A DNA stretch of 64,000 nt, taken from the NCBI RefSeq assembly GCF_006345805.1, contig NC_043016.1:3224001-3288000 (forward strand), read 5' to 3'. The notes beneath the pieces are model-generated. The model was given only the letters and a program-made list of their open reading frames with translations, ran no database searches and was not told the origin of the DNA. The DNA is from Octopus sinensis (taxonomy: Eukaryota). Shown one piece after another: positions 25,791-39,696 of the stretch. A program made the position numbers and the translations under genes. Each line of letters starts with the position of its first letter. Position 1 is the first letter of the stretch.

Positions 25791-26796
25791 ATATATAATT
25801 AGGGTTCAGCACTAAAAATCGAACGTACCCGTCTGATTTGAGTAACCCCAGACGAACCACCTTCGACCACCAGTACTAACGAATTCAAAAGGTACGAATG
25901 AGGCTTTGCATCCTCCCCTGTCCACCCACGTGAGTTATAGAGCAACAAATTCCTACAGAAGAATCTGTAGTTTATTATCAGGGAGAGAATTATATTGTCA
26001 ATAATAAATAGGGTAAAATTAATTAATTAATTAGTAATTAATAATTTTACCAAGCAGTGTTCAGTATGTAAAAAGGACCATTTACTGTATATTTAAGCAT
26101 TACTTTATATAATTAGGGTTCAGCAAAAAAATTTACTTTACCACACACCGAACTTTTAGAAATAGCAGCCAAAGGATTTAGCTATTTCCTCTACTATAAG
26201 AAGAGTCTCCCAGACAATGTATACTCAAAAACAATTCCCGTAGGCATAGAGGGAGAAATAACGAAAGATCACTCGTAAATCGATTACTTGAGAACGCGTT
26301 TCTGGGTTCGTTAGATATAGAGATGCTATAAATACATACCTATTCCAACATTCGTTAGTACTGGTGGTCGAAGGTGGTTCGTCTGGGGTTACTCAAATCA
26401 GACGGGTACGTTCGATTTTTGTGCTCTCAAATTTAAATTTAACGAAATCTTGGGCTGATGACAGGAATGTTGGAATAGGGATGTATTTCTAGCATCTCTA
26501 TATCTAACGAACCCAGAAACGCGTTCTCAAGTAATCGATTTACGAGTGATCTTTCGTTATTTTTCCTCTATGCCCACGTGAATTGTTTTTGAGTATACAT
26601 TGTCTGGGAGACTCTTCTTATAGTAGGAGAAATAGCTAAATCCTTTGACTGCTATTTCTAATAGTTCGGTGTGTGGTAAAGCAATTTTTTGGCTGAACCC
26701 TAATTATATAAAGTAATGTTTAAATATACAGTAAATGGTCCTTTTTACATACTGAACACTGCTTGGTAAAATTATTAATTACTAATTAATTAATTA
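25790..26796. mobile_element. Rearranged non-coding PLE-type element with nested inverted repeats
   Basis: 26020-26353 is inverted relative to 26465-26796; 25814-25884 is the exact reverse complement of 26350-26420; flanked by (TA)n. Confidence 0.85.
26449..26531 (+). ncRNA. Type I hammerhead with intact core and extended stem II
   Basis: Stem I CTTGGG/CTCAAG; core CTGATGA; 54 nt stem II including ATAGGGATG/CATCTCTAT and TTGGA/TCTAA; GAAA; palindromic ACGCGT; GUU site. Confidence 0.7.
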
Positions 26797-26949
26797 TTAC
26801 ATATATATATGTGTGTGTGTGTGTGTTTGTGTGTGTGTGTATAAATATATATCTGCTAAATTTTAAATTCATATTCGTTGTTTTCATAATTTTTCGTAAA
26901 GTAGTCCAGTGGTAAATCTAATGAACAGGGTCACGAGTTCAACAACTTT

Positions 26950-27330
26950 TAAGGACAAAAATCTATAAGATATCATTCCCATAGGATAACTCTTTGCTAT
27001 TTGAGAAAAAGATGTCTTATCTTATGGGAGGGTAGTATTATGTGGATATTTTCAGACACCTGTTGATGATATGGATATTATCTTCTGCTCTAATATTGCA
27101 GAATCGATATTTTCTAGTATAACATCCCTAACTCTTCTGCCGATCAGATATTTACTTGCTATCTCCTGTTCCAGGGTAGCAAAGATGAAGCCTTCTCGGT
27201 TAGATATGATGTATCCAACACATGATTAAGAGAAGCTGCTCACATTTATCTGAACGGAAATAATCCATTTTGGATGAGGGTTTTTCCTCGTTACAATCTT
27301 CGTTACTCACAACTGCTGGCGATAGGTAAA
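26950..27330 (-). mobile_element. R4/Dong-like LINE C-terminal fragment
   Basis: REGFIFATLEQEIASKY followed, after a frameshift, by YRFC....EDNIHIINRC, a decayed CCHC knuckle. Confidence 0.55.
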
Positions 27331-27605
27331 CGAAGCACAGAATAGACCATACAGTGTTCAAACGTCGTCGTCGTCGTAAGACATTATTATTATTGTTCAC
27401 TGATATTTTTTTCCTATCATGTCTGGTACATTCGCTGGTACACAAGTATTTTTGACTTCTGTTTTTAGCGATATAGGTACTCATGTACTACTCTTGTGTA
27501 TATATGTACATATCTAATATTCTATGTATGTATTTTTTTAATTTGCCTGTACGGCTGATAATTCGCTTACCACTCGTGATGGTATTTTAATAATACCACC
27601 CCTAT

Positions 27606-27647
<42 letters not shown>

Positions 27648-27720
27648 TCAACAAACACGCACTCTATTATAACAACCCTAGCTAAGACCGGATACCGTGG
27701 AAAAATCCAATACGCCCCTT

Positions 27721-27789
<69 letters not shown>

Positions 27790-27809
27790 ATAGTAGTAGT
27801 AGTATGAGT

Positions 27810-27903
<94 letters not shown>
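27721..27903. repeat. Compound (TAG)n/(CAG)n microsatellite
   Basis: Read directly from the sequence. Confidence 0.95.
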
Positions 27904-28139
27904 ACTCACATAATTCAATGGGTAATAATACGAATCATTATAATAGCCTTGCCTAAACACAGTAGTAACCACATGCATTAATAAGTTAATAACCGAGATA
28001 ATAGAATCCCAAACCGCAAGTAAAGACTAACCAAACCTAGATACAAAAGAACCAACTATAAGTTAGAGAAAACTAGTAATAGACAACACATCTAACACCA
28101 CAAAATCCCAGCACCGCTCCTAACAGACCTAACAGAAAA

Positions 28140-29330
28140 TACAAAAACCATAATGTCCAATATGGGGCTTGAACGTCTCATCTGAGATCGTGAAACAATT
28201 CTTCGCTGCACTCGATTGTTGCTTTCTTAAAAACAGACCGTCACACAGTAAAATGTTCAACCGCCACACTGTAAAACTGTCCTATGCTAACTCATGAAAT
28301 ATAGAGCACTACATTCATAAGGTTAACAATCGTAAACTAAGACATCGAACATGCTGCACTCAAAATAAGCCCTTAAAAATTAACTATGACTCATATAACT
28401 GACATCGAGACAACGCTAATACCAAACAATTAATGCATCAAAGTGATAATGACTCGAACTATAATCGTTTCTACTCTAGGCACAAAGCCTGAAATTTGAG
28501 GGGAAGGGCCAGTCAAGTAGATGACCCCTGTACGCAACTGATACTTAATTTACCGACCCGAGAGGATGAAAGGCAAAGTCGACCTGGACGGAATTTTAAC
28601 TCAGAACGTAAAGACAGACGAAATATCGCTAAGCATTTCGCCAGGCGTGCTAACGTTTCTGCCAGCTCGCCGCCTTGTGACTCGAACTATAATACCAACC
28701 AACCGAGAAAAAACAACTACAATATCTACAATGACCATCCAACAAATCACACCGGCAACAATTCAAACAACAACACTAACACGCCCAGAAATAGTGATAA
28801 TAATAGGATAACAATGACCACGGATCTACTGAATAGAACCAATTCATCTAGTGCTCGCTGCACTCAAGCAAACAAATAAAACAAAAGAGAACAGTTATGC
28901 TCATGCAGAGACAGATCCAAATGGCCCTTGGGCAATCAATGCATGACCAGAAATGTAAACACTAATGGAGGCCCCTACTTATATATCAAAGTATCGGCCG
29001 ATATTTTCAAGAATTGATATCGTAACCACATTGCCAGCTTTCGAAAAATCCTTAAACGGCATGTAACATTACTGACTGATTTTATCTGAAGGCTCAAGGG
29101 TGCAGATCTCGGTGGTAGTAGCAAATATTCGAACGAGACCTGACCTGGTCCGTAATTAGATATGTGTGTCCCCATACGACATTTTCCTGGAAATTCAAGC
29201 TATGTTCCGAAGAATCACTCTCAATATTGTTAACAAAGGAGCGCCTTATAATCAGATTTACAGAACAATTACCCAGATGCCTGCATGCAGCTAAACACAC
29301 ATTCACAAACTACAATCTAAAACATATCTG
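28140..29330 (+). mobile_element. Penelope-like element remnant (RT thumb then GIY-YIG; Nematis-like, tentative)
   Basis: KQFFAALDCCF...KMFNRHTVKLSY, CSCR...PLGNQC, FKN*YRNHIASF, W...KLCSEE; interrupted by a SINE. Confidence 0.7.
28500..28678 (-). mobile_element. SINE family A
   Basis: Reverse complement of AAGGCGGCGAGCTGGCAGAAACGTTAGC...TTCTGAGTT.AAATTCC. Further copies at 20830, 38880, 40150, 42090, 46620, 48020, 51550 and 52040. Confidence 0.85.
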
Positions 29331-29738
29331 ACTAATGGAACCCCAACACCTACAGCTCGGTTTAATCTCCCTCAGTTATAACCTCAAATACTAAAAAAGA
29401 GCAATATCCGAATAACATGTATTTAGACATGTAACATTATAATGCAGATGTGTTATGTATACATGCATGTATATTTATATATATCTATATATGTATGTGT
29501 GTGTGTGTGTGTGTGTGTATGTGTGTGTATAATGCGTGTGGGTGTGTCTGTCTGTTTTCGCGTATGTGTATCTGGATCTATGTACGTATCTATATGCATC
29601 TTTATGTATGTGTATGTGTATATATGTGTATAGATCCATATGCTTACCTACATATATGCGTTTGTGTATATTTGTATGTCCATATATGCATGTGTGTATG
29701 TATATGTATGTGTGTATATACATACACACACACATATA

Positions 29739-29774
<36 letters not shown>

Positions 29775-30036
29775 TGTATGTATGTATGTATGTATGTATG
29801 TATGTATGTGTATATGCACGAACATGAAACTACTTGTCTAAGTATTAATGTTCCTTTCACCTTCTACTTTCTTTTTCCTCTAAGCAGTGACGACAGCAAA
29901 AGCTGATTACTTCATTTTATCTAAACTGGAACGAAAGTTTTCCATGTTCATATATTTTTGTCTTTCTATAATATTATTTACTTTCATTCATTCCCAAACT
30001 TGGTGGGTAAAAATCTCTAGTGAGACATCTTTATCA

Positions 30037-30085
30037 ATGTTCCTGAAGAGACCCAGACTGATGGGTCGAAACATATGTTGTGCCT
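30037..30085 (+). ncRNA. Type I hammerhead with canonical core
   Basis: CTGAAGA, GACCC/GGGTC stem II, GAAA, palindromic ACATATGT stem III, GUU site; stem I has 4 of 6 pairs. Confidence 0.7.
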
Positions 30086-30139
30086 AATAAAATTCTAATA
30101 AAAAATCCATCATGTCAAAATTAACAAAATTCTCTTTTC

Positions 30140-31065
<926 letters not shown>

Positions 31066-31177
31066 ATATATATATTATATATATAAAGGGAAAGTTTACG
31101 AAAATAAACAAAAGACGAAAGCAGGTGGTGTACAAACAAACAGATGTATTAGTATAGCGCTCAGGAATAGAAAAAGT

Positions 31178-31213
31178 CTTTTACGTTTCGAGCCTACACT
31201 CTTCTACAGAAAG
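31178..31213 (-). ncRNA. Minimal type I hammerhead-like motif, A6U core variant
   Basis: Minus strand: CTTT-CTGTAGA-A-GAGT-GTAG-GCTC-GAAA-CG-TA-AAAG; all three stems form; GUA site. Confidence 0.55.
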
Positions 31214-31276
31214 GTACACAGAAAAAACAAGGAGAGAAAAAAATGTGTGTAGTAGCTAACGATCTATCATAGCGTC

Positions 31277-31433
<157 letters not shown>

Positions 31434-31609
31434 GATAGGCAGACAGACAGATATATACTACGTCTGGATATCCTTGTTGCTTATTTTGATGTTAATCACT
31501 TTATTTTGGAATTGTATGGATAATACCGTACTAAATTCTGGTGCCTCAACTTAAGTACCATATTCATTTGAATCTTATATATATATACATATACACATAT
31601 ACATACACG

Positions 31610-31649
<40 letters not shown>

Positions 31650-32451
31650 CATATACACATATACATATATATAAATATATGTATAAGCATGTGTGTGTGG
31701 TGTGTGTGTGGTGTGTGTGTGTGTATGTTGTTGTTCTGTTATAGGTAGGATCCGCAAAAGAAGTACTCCATCCAATGAAGGATAAATATCCTTTAATATG
31801 CAAAATTATGAAAGAGCTCCTAATAGCTTCATGCTTCTAGATACGTTAAACTGTCTTGGAGTTAAATGGCATGTTATATAAATCTGCCAATTTAATGTAT
31901 CTTAAAGTATGAAACTATCAGTTGCTCTTTCGTAATTGTGTATGTTAGATTATATATATATGTAAACACGCACACACAGTGAAAAGTTGTAAGGTTATTG
32001 AATAATATTGAATACAACCAGAGAAACCCGCTAAAAGAAAAGTAGAAGTGTAAGCCGTAGAGTTGCTGGCCAATCCTAGAATCAAGCAAAGTTTTTTTTT
32101 TAGGGCACACGTTTTCTTATTAGGCTTTCCTGGTTAACAAGTGAACAACGCTATCTAAAGAAAGAGCCGCTCGTTCATTTGAGGGGTTATTGAATCTTTC
32201 CACTTCTATTGATTGCAAAAAGAAGCGACTAACATCTCAAACTGCTCATGCGCAGGCTGCGGTCATACACTTCCAGCAAGTTAAACTTGTGTTTTACTGT
32301 ACTTTTCATCGCACACGACTTTTTGCTTCCACCACAGTGTTTTCTTCCACGAAGATTCTTTTCATGAAATCCATTATATATATATGTGATTTTTGCTACC
32401 AAGGTATCGGTTAAACTTTTGATTAATCTGCAACAAGATTATTCATCTTTC

Positions 32452-32482
<31 letters not shown>

Positions 32483-32511
32483 GCATGTCAGTTTTGTACA
32501 GAACTAAACTC

Positions 32512-32548
<37 letters not shown>

Positions 32549-32625
32549 ATAACTGGTAACACTTTTTTCTAGATACTACCATATGGGACAATATAAATAG
32601 CAAGGAAAAAACAACTTGAACATTA

Positions 32626-33339
32626 AGGCGTGCTTCTGTGGTAAGAAACTTGCCTCCTAACCACCTGGTTCCGAATTAAGTCCCACTGCATGGCACCTTG
32701 GGCAAGTGTCTTGTACTATAGCCTCGGGTCGCCTAAAGCCATGTGAATGGATTTGGTGGGTGGAAACTGAAAGAAGCTGTCATATACATACATACATTCA
32801 TACATACATACATACATTCATACATATATACATACATACATACCTCCATACATACATACATACATACACACATACACACACACATACATACATACATACA
32901 TACATACATACAAGCATACATACATACATACATACATACATACATACATACATACATACATACATGCATACATACATACATACATACATACATACATAAA
33001 TACATACATACATACATACATACATACATACATACATACATACATACATGCATACACTCGTTCGTACGTTTGTATGTATGTATGTATGTATGTATGTATG
33101 TATGTATGTATGTATGTATGTATGTGTTTGTGTGTGTATGTACTTATGCGTGTTGTCTTTGTGTCTGCGTTTGTCCCTCACCACCGTTCAACAACCGGTG
33201 TCCCAGTAACCTAGCGGTTCGTTAAAACCGTACGAGAGAATAAGTATAGGCTTTTAAAAAAATAAGCCGTGGAGTCAATTTGTCCCACTAAAACCCTTCA
33301 ATGCGGTGCCCCAACATGGCTGCAGTGAAATGACTGAAA
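32626..33339 (+). mobile_element. Complete SINE family B with expanded internal (CATA)n/(TATG)n
   Basis: tRNA-like head 32626-32785, microsatellite to ~33122, tail ending ATGGCTGCAGTGAAATGACTGAAA. Confidence 0.8.
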
Positions 33340-34024
33340 TTTGTTTTCCAAATGATGTCCCTCCATCCCCGTCGCCTCTGATTCATCTTACCCCTAATTT
33401 CATGGTTAACTTCTCTTTCCCCGCCAAATGCTTTGAAAATAGCTGCGTTAAGGGAAGTAACTCTTCCTTTTACAGCGAAAAGTTACGCCGTGCGATGTGA
33501 ACTCCTCGTAACTAGTTTGTTTAATTGTTTTTACTTCGTGTGTGTTTGAATTTAGTTCGTAAATTCATGAAGATATATCGCAGTTATTCAAGCGAGACGT
33601 GTACAGCTATGAGTGAGGTCTGGGGTGTTCATAATGGGTGAGTAACTGAAAGTAAGACTCGTATTCCTGATCGACGCTGCACGGCCAGAACGAGCCGTAT
33701 CACTGAACGATCATCTCCACTTGTTAAACATCCTACGAATAGATCTGATAAGTAGATCGCATTATTATTATTTTTTTTTCCATTGTTGATTAACTGAAGA
33801 TGGAGACCGATGTTACAACCAAAATAAATATTCAAATATAAATACATGCATATAAACTTCAACATAGTATTGTTTCGGGGTAAAATTGTTTGGTAACTAT
33901 AGTTGAAATCGCTGATTATTTCACAATAAGATGTTAACCTGTTTTTAATATGTATGTGTGTGCATGCATACATACATACATACATACATACATACATACA
34001 TACATACATACATACATACATACA

Positions 34025-34055
<31 letters not shown>

Positions 34056-34329
34056 CGATAGAAAGAGAATGGTGTGGAGAGACAGAATTACTGAAAAATA
34101 TGTAATAGTGATTAAGTAGACCATTATGCAAGAAGAAATCCTCTTCAAATTTATGTCTAGTGGAATGGACAACCGATGCCTTTGTCTATGGACCTGGAAT
34201 AAAGTTTGACATAGTTCCACACTCTATTGTGTGGTAATCACTAAGAATAGTAAGGACAGGCAAGTGTCTTGCGAGATCCGTGCAGGCGATGCAGAGTTGT
34301 GTCGGTGGTAGGATGACTGTTAGCAACAA

Positions 34330-34520
34330 ATGTCAGCTTGAAAATATCGTGGGTTTGCAACTCAATAATATTCTGTTTATAATAACATGCATAAGAGAGC
34401 AATATTAGAACGGTTATCTGCAGGAAGTCATTTATGTTGATGACCTAATATCTGTCATCGAGCTGTATCTATCGAAGATTTGAAGAAGAATGTATAGACT
34501 TTGAAGACGAATGAACCTAG
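34330..34520 (+). mobile_element. Highly decayed RTE-like RT fragment
   Basis: LQEVIYVDDLI at ~34416-34450 (YADD-like motif). Confidence 0.4.
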
Positions 34521-36713
34521 CAAAAATTAAAGCATGAGTTAGAAGGTAAGATGGTGAGGCCCTACTGACGTCGGTAAGTGGCTATATTTAATATGAAGAT
34601 CAGGAACATATTGGCATTCCATATAGTGTACCCATTGATAATTATGGACACATAAAAGATTTACTTGGATCACTTACAGACTGATATGGAATGTAGGCTT
34701 CATACACGGCAGAAGTACACGAGTAGCTGAGAGCATGAGTACGTGCAATATAAATTCTTATAGAAGCTAAAATGTTTCATAGAAGTGGTTTATACCTTTT
34801 GTTACAACAGTGAATTAGCAACCGATATGGGTGCTTTGGAAGTGTAGTTGTCGGTGTTTGTTTGTTCCTTCTCGAGCCATGCCTGGCACATAAGGGCCAG
34901 TTTCCCGGTTTCCTTGGCGTATAGGTTCCCCACCTGGATGGGACGCTGGTCCGTCGCAGGTGATCTGCAAGATGCAGGAGGAAAGAACGAGAGAAAGTTG
35001 TGACGAAAGAGTCAGCAGAAGTTCGCCATCATCCTGTCGACGTAAGAACAGGGTAGAAAAGTTCAGAGAGCTGCTACCGTTTTGACTGTTGTTTCAAGCA
35101 GGTAGACATACCTAGTATGTCCTTTGATTAATCTTAATCCCTCGGCTATTTAATGCAATTTTTTGGCCTGCTATCGCCTGTGTCATTGATTCTGTTATTA
35201 TCATTTTTAAAATAGTTACATCGGATAATAATAGAATTAATGACACCTTCGCAAATTAATATATATATATAGCTCCTGTGGAGAGCTCTTCATTGCCTAA
35301 TGAAGAGCCCAACAGTGACACTTCATGCATTGAGTATATATTGAATTTTTTTAAACTTGACAAATATTTTTCAAGCAATGAACAATTTTCGTAAAAAAAA
35401 AACGATGATATAATTTTTCGACTTAGAACTTATTGCAAAGCTGCGTGATACATACACATATTTATCCCTAAATCATGATGTTAAATACCTGTTAAAGGGG
35501 CAAGATGCTGATAACACCTATGATGTTAATAAGGAAATTTTATCTGGGGGTACTATGGGTGATTGTTTATAAACAGTCACCCATAGTTGAATAAAAATAA
35601 AATAAAATTTAAGATTATCAAAAATGATATCATAACCAAAATAGGTAAAATGTGTGTATATATCAATTTTCAACATTAAAAAGGAAAGATTACATAGAAT
35701 CAGTTTAACATTCACGTACTTAATTATCTAATTATTGGGTGGTTTCTATAAAGACTGCTCAGGGCGTCTACTTGTGGAATACTGGAAAGATAAACAGCCT
35801 ATTTATATATTAATTATAAGCCAAGAATCAGGAAAAAAAACTAAAGATGTGTACTAATAAACACATATATATCTATGTGCACACATGCACACATATACAA
35901 ATATTTATATGTTTATATGGATATAGTATAACCATCTCGCATGGACTTAAGTAACTAAAAAGTGTCTATTTACGAACAAGAAAGATAACAATTTATAAGG
36001 GAAAAGAGATTAATAGGTTATGCACATATATGCATATATACACATACAAAAATATTTATACGTTTATATGGATATAATATAACCATCTCGCATAGACCTA
36101 TGTAGCTGAAAAATCTCTATTTACGAACAGTAACAATTTTAAAGGATAAGAGATTTATAGTTAAGGATATCAAAGTAAGAAAACAAAATAATAATTTATA
36201 GAAAACAATAAGAAATATATATGACCTATATTTAAAGAGACAGGGTATTGAAATTTGAGGTAGGGAAGGGATAAAGGTAACCCGAAAGAAGAGGTAATAG
36301 GTATGGGCGTAGTGAGGGTAGTTAGAGGTATTCAGATCGAAGAGATTTTATAAGTTGCAATGTTACAGGTGCTATTACATACATAATTATATAGTTTCTA
36401 TGAAGTATATAATTAGAAGACCTACTTACATAAAAGCCATTACAATTAAACAGAATATGATCAGTAGGGTAGAACATCAAAGAAAGGGACAAACAGTTTA
36501 ATCACCAAAAAAGTTGAAGTCAAACTAACTAGCCGGGAGTTTTCATGGGATAGTAATTACATATAACACATCTCATATCATAACACATAGCTCATAACAT
36601 ATACAATGCAATTTAATTCACCATATAACATAATATCCCATGATTTTATTATATATAATACTAGAGGGTAAGTTTACAACGGATACGACACCAAAATTAA
36701 ATATGTATGTGGC

Positions 36714-36852
36714 CGCAGGTGTGGTTGTGTGGTAAAAAGCTTGCTTCCCAACCACAAGGTTCCGGGTTCATTCTCACTGCGTGGCACCTTGGGTGGGTGT
36801 ATTCTACTACAGCCTGGGGCCGAACAAATCCTTCTGAGTGGGTTTGGTAGAA
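36714..36852 (+). mobile_element. SINE family B head
   Basis: GCAGGTGTGGTTGTGTGGTAAAAAGCTTGCTTCCCAACC...GGTTCATTCTC. Confidence 0.8.
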
Positions 36853-36895
36853 TAGAATTAATGACACCTTCGCAAATTAATATATATATATATTT

Positions 36896-38330
36896 CCTTT
36901 TGAACATACTCTCCGACAGACACCTCTTCTCCAGCCACAACTTCCTTTTCAAATGAAAAGGAAAAAGTGATTGTAAATTGTGGCCGGAGATAAAGTTTCC
37001 TGTCTTAATTCCTTTTATCCTAGTCTTTCATACTGCCTCTTTTGCTATTGCTACAACCGTGAGAAAACAATTCTTACCTTCGTTTGTTAAAACTTCTGGT
37101 GAGTCAATTTTTACAATTGACTCAGTCGACAGCTGTACTCTTCCTTCGCCGGACAACAGGTGTTCAGCATAAGCCCACATTTCAGATATTTCCAGACCCT
37201 GAACAATAGCGTGAGGGACAGTTTCCCTGTCTCCCCGGCATCTTGGACAGGTCGGAGACTGACGTTGCGAGTTTATCCCAAACGAGCAAGGCACCTCTGT
37301 AACATTGCCAGGTCAAGGACTTTTGGAAGTTGTCCAACGTTCTCAACCCGAATGTACGATGGAACAGGCTGTCCAGATGAATATACCCGAGACTGAGACC
37401 TAGAGTCACCCCCAGGCCATCGTCACATTCAGACCCTACCAACCCACTATATAAAATTCGTGTAGAGCTCCCACCGCTGGTATTGCCCGAGCGCTGGAAT
37501 AGCAGATGGGCCTTACGGAACTCTTTATGTCATTCACTCGACCTCGGTCTACGAAAAAACCAGGCTTCTTGTTCGCAAAAACTTTTGAACTCGGGGAACA
37601 TTTGTCTGGCCAGCGGAGACCACACCCGTTCACTATCCAGGAGAATCCAGAGATGCCCCAACATCAACGCATGCCTGCGCATCATTAACCAAGGCATCAC
37701 TAAACCTCCCTTTAACGGCTTTTGACAACAGACAGAGCGTTTCACAAGTGGCGACCTGCCTTTCCACGAAAAGCGAAAGCGCTGTCTCTCCAACCTGATC
37801 AACCACGAATCCGGACAGGGCACTAGGCGGTAGGCAATGACCGATGCAATAAACACATTGCCCTCCTTTTCAGAGATAGCCACCACCAACACCAGGTTTT
37901 GACTACTGCAGCTACCCTGTTCGAAACCTCCGTCCAGTTCTTCTCTATATGGAGGCCTGGTCCAAACCAGACTCCCAGCAAGTTAACCGGTCCCTCTGTC
38001 CAGCGCCCCAAACGCTGTCTGAAGGCATCGATTTGCCAACCCAGGTGCCGTGCTGCAAGCCGACCGACTTTTCCTGGTTAAACCCATTCTGTTGCCAGTT
38101 CGCGTACACGTCAGCCAGTAGGTGCCAGAACAAGTCTGGCATACATTTATACAGCTCGTACGGAAGACCAAGTCCCGGCGACTTACCCGCTTTACAGTCG
38201 GCCATAGCCTCCATCACTTCCACATGCGTGATTGGCCCTTCTTCCCTCTGGCTAGGTATGTGATATCCTGCCAGATAGGTTTCAAGCACTTCTCAACTTT
38301 CTCTTCGCTCACTCGATCAATTTTTTTTTC
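36896..38330 (-). mobile_element. Tx1/L1-clade LINE fragment
   Basis: CKAGKSPGLGLPYE, VNLLGVWFG, RFSWKGRSPLVKRSVCCQKPLKGGLVMP, PTCPRCRGDRETVPHAI knuckle. Confidence 0.85.
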
Positions 38331-38879
38331 CTTTCAGACAGTAAGATTTTAAAATAATTGTTTTTCTTTTTTCTAACATTAATAGTTCTTCCGGGGATTG
38401 AACTTTCACAACATCGTCTACAATTGTTATCATATCTTTGTACTATCAGATCATTTTTGTTTGTCGACAGCTGGCGGGTTCCACCTCCAGCCGCCGACGC
38501 AAAACGTAATTTTTTGTATATTTTCATGTTTGAAGGCTTTTCACGTCAATATTCCTCTTTGCAATAGTACACATTGATGGTTGGGGAAATTCACTTTCAG
38601 AAGAATCAGAAATATCGCCAAATATTAAACTTTCAATCTTTTTGCCTCCCTGTCGGTTGACGACTCTTCGCCAGACGAAGATGCACTTTTCGGCATCTTG
38701 CCAGCAATTAATGTTTCCCCCACAGGGGAAAACACGATGGTTTTCCAACGAAGACTATCACACAAATAATTATAACAGGAAATAACTCAAAAACTGTCAA
38801 TAGAAACTTGCACTTACTATACGGACGCCCTCCAATAATAATTACCACTAAATCCAAACACACAGAAGAAATACCTATT

Positions 38880-39098
38880 TCTTTACTACCCACAAAGAGC
38901 TAAACACAGAGAGGACAGACAAACGGATTAAGTCGATTACATCGACCCCAGTGCGTAACTGGTACTTATTTAATCGACCCCGAAAGGATGAAAGGCAAAG
39001 TCGACCTCGGCGGAATTTGAACTCAGAACGTAGCGACAGACGAAATACTGCTGAGCATTTCGCCCGGCGTATTAACGTTTCTGCCAGCTCGCCGTCTT
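38880..39098 (-). mobile_element. SINE family A
   Basis: Near-complete copy, very similar to 48020-48248. Confidence 0.85.
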
Positions 39099-39159
39099 GA
39101 TAACGCTTACCTATTATATATTAGCAGATGTATTGCTGCGGTTATGGTTAGATCGTGAA

Positions 39160-39452
39160 GGCGCGTGGCTAAGTGGTTAAGGCATTCGGCTCACGATCGT
39201 AAGGTCGTGAGTTCAATTCCCGGCGGCGCGTTGTGTCCTTGAGAAAGACACTTTATTTCACGTTGCTCCAGTCCACTCAGCTGGCAAGAATGAGTTGTAC
39301 CTGTATTTCAAAGGGCCGGCCTTGTCACACTCTGTGTCACGCTGAATCTCCTTGAGAACTACGTTAGGGGTACACGTGTCTGTGGAGTGCTCGGCCATTT
39401 GCAAGTTAATTTCACGAGCAAACTGTTCCGTTGATCGACGGAGTGCTCCTAT
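39160..39452 (+). mobile_element. tRNA-derived SINE family C
   Basis: A box TGGCTAAGTGG and B box GAGTTCAATTCC followed by a non-tRNA body; second copy at 45886-46200. Confidence 0.85.
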
Positions 39453-39696
39453 GATTAGAACAAGTTGACCTAGCAGAACTACTGTCAAACAATCTTCCAA
39501 CCATGACACTCGCATAATAATATTTATTAAATTAATCAATAAATAATCTTTTATGCGTTTTTTCAACCCAAATATTGTAACCAAGCAGGGGACATTTATC
39601 TAAATATTTTTTTTAATTTAAATATTCATTTATTTTAACTGTTTATTCATTTAATTGAGGTATAGCGTAGCTCGAACTGTTTTATCCAATATTCTG

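Noticed and set aside
28140-30000. Selenoprotein-coding Naiad PLE, with a SECIS-like GTGAC-gacagcAAAAgc-TGAT near 29886
   Set aside because: Domain order is RT then EN, not permuted. The TGA codons are not at conserved Cys positions, and the helix is too short (4 bp) for a SECIS.
32787-33122. (CATA)n switching to (TATG)n, forming a potential hairpin
   Set aside because: Such strand switches recur in the microsatellites of this window and need no special explanation.
35285-35308. Perfect 10 bp hairpin GCTCTTCATT-GCCT-AATGAAGAGC with a CTAATGAAGAG HHR-like start
   Set aside because: Too short to be significant in this repeat-rich context, and there is no downstream GAAA or stem III.
39160-39232. 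tRNA gene
   Set aside because: A and B boxes are present, but the sequence continues into a SINE body shared with 45886-46200.
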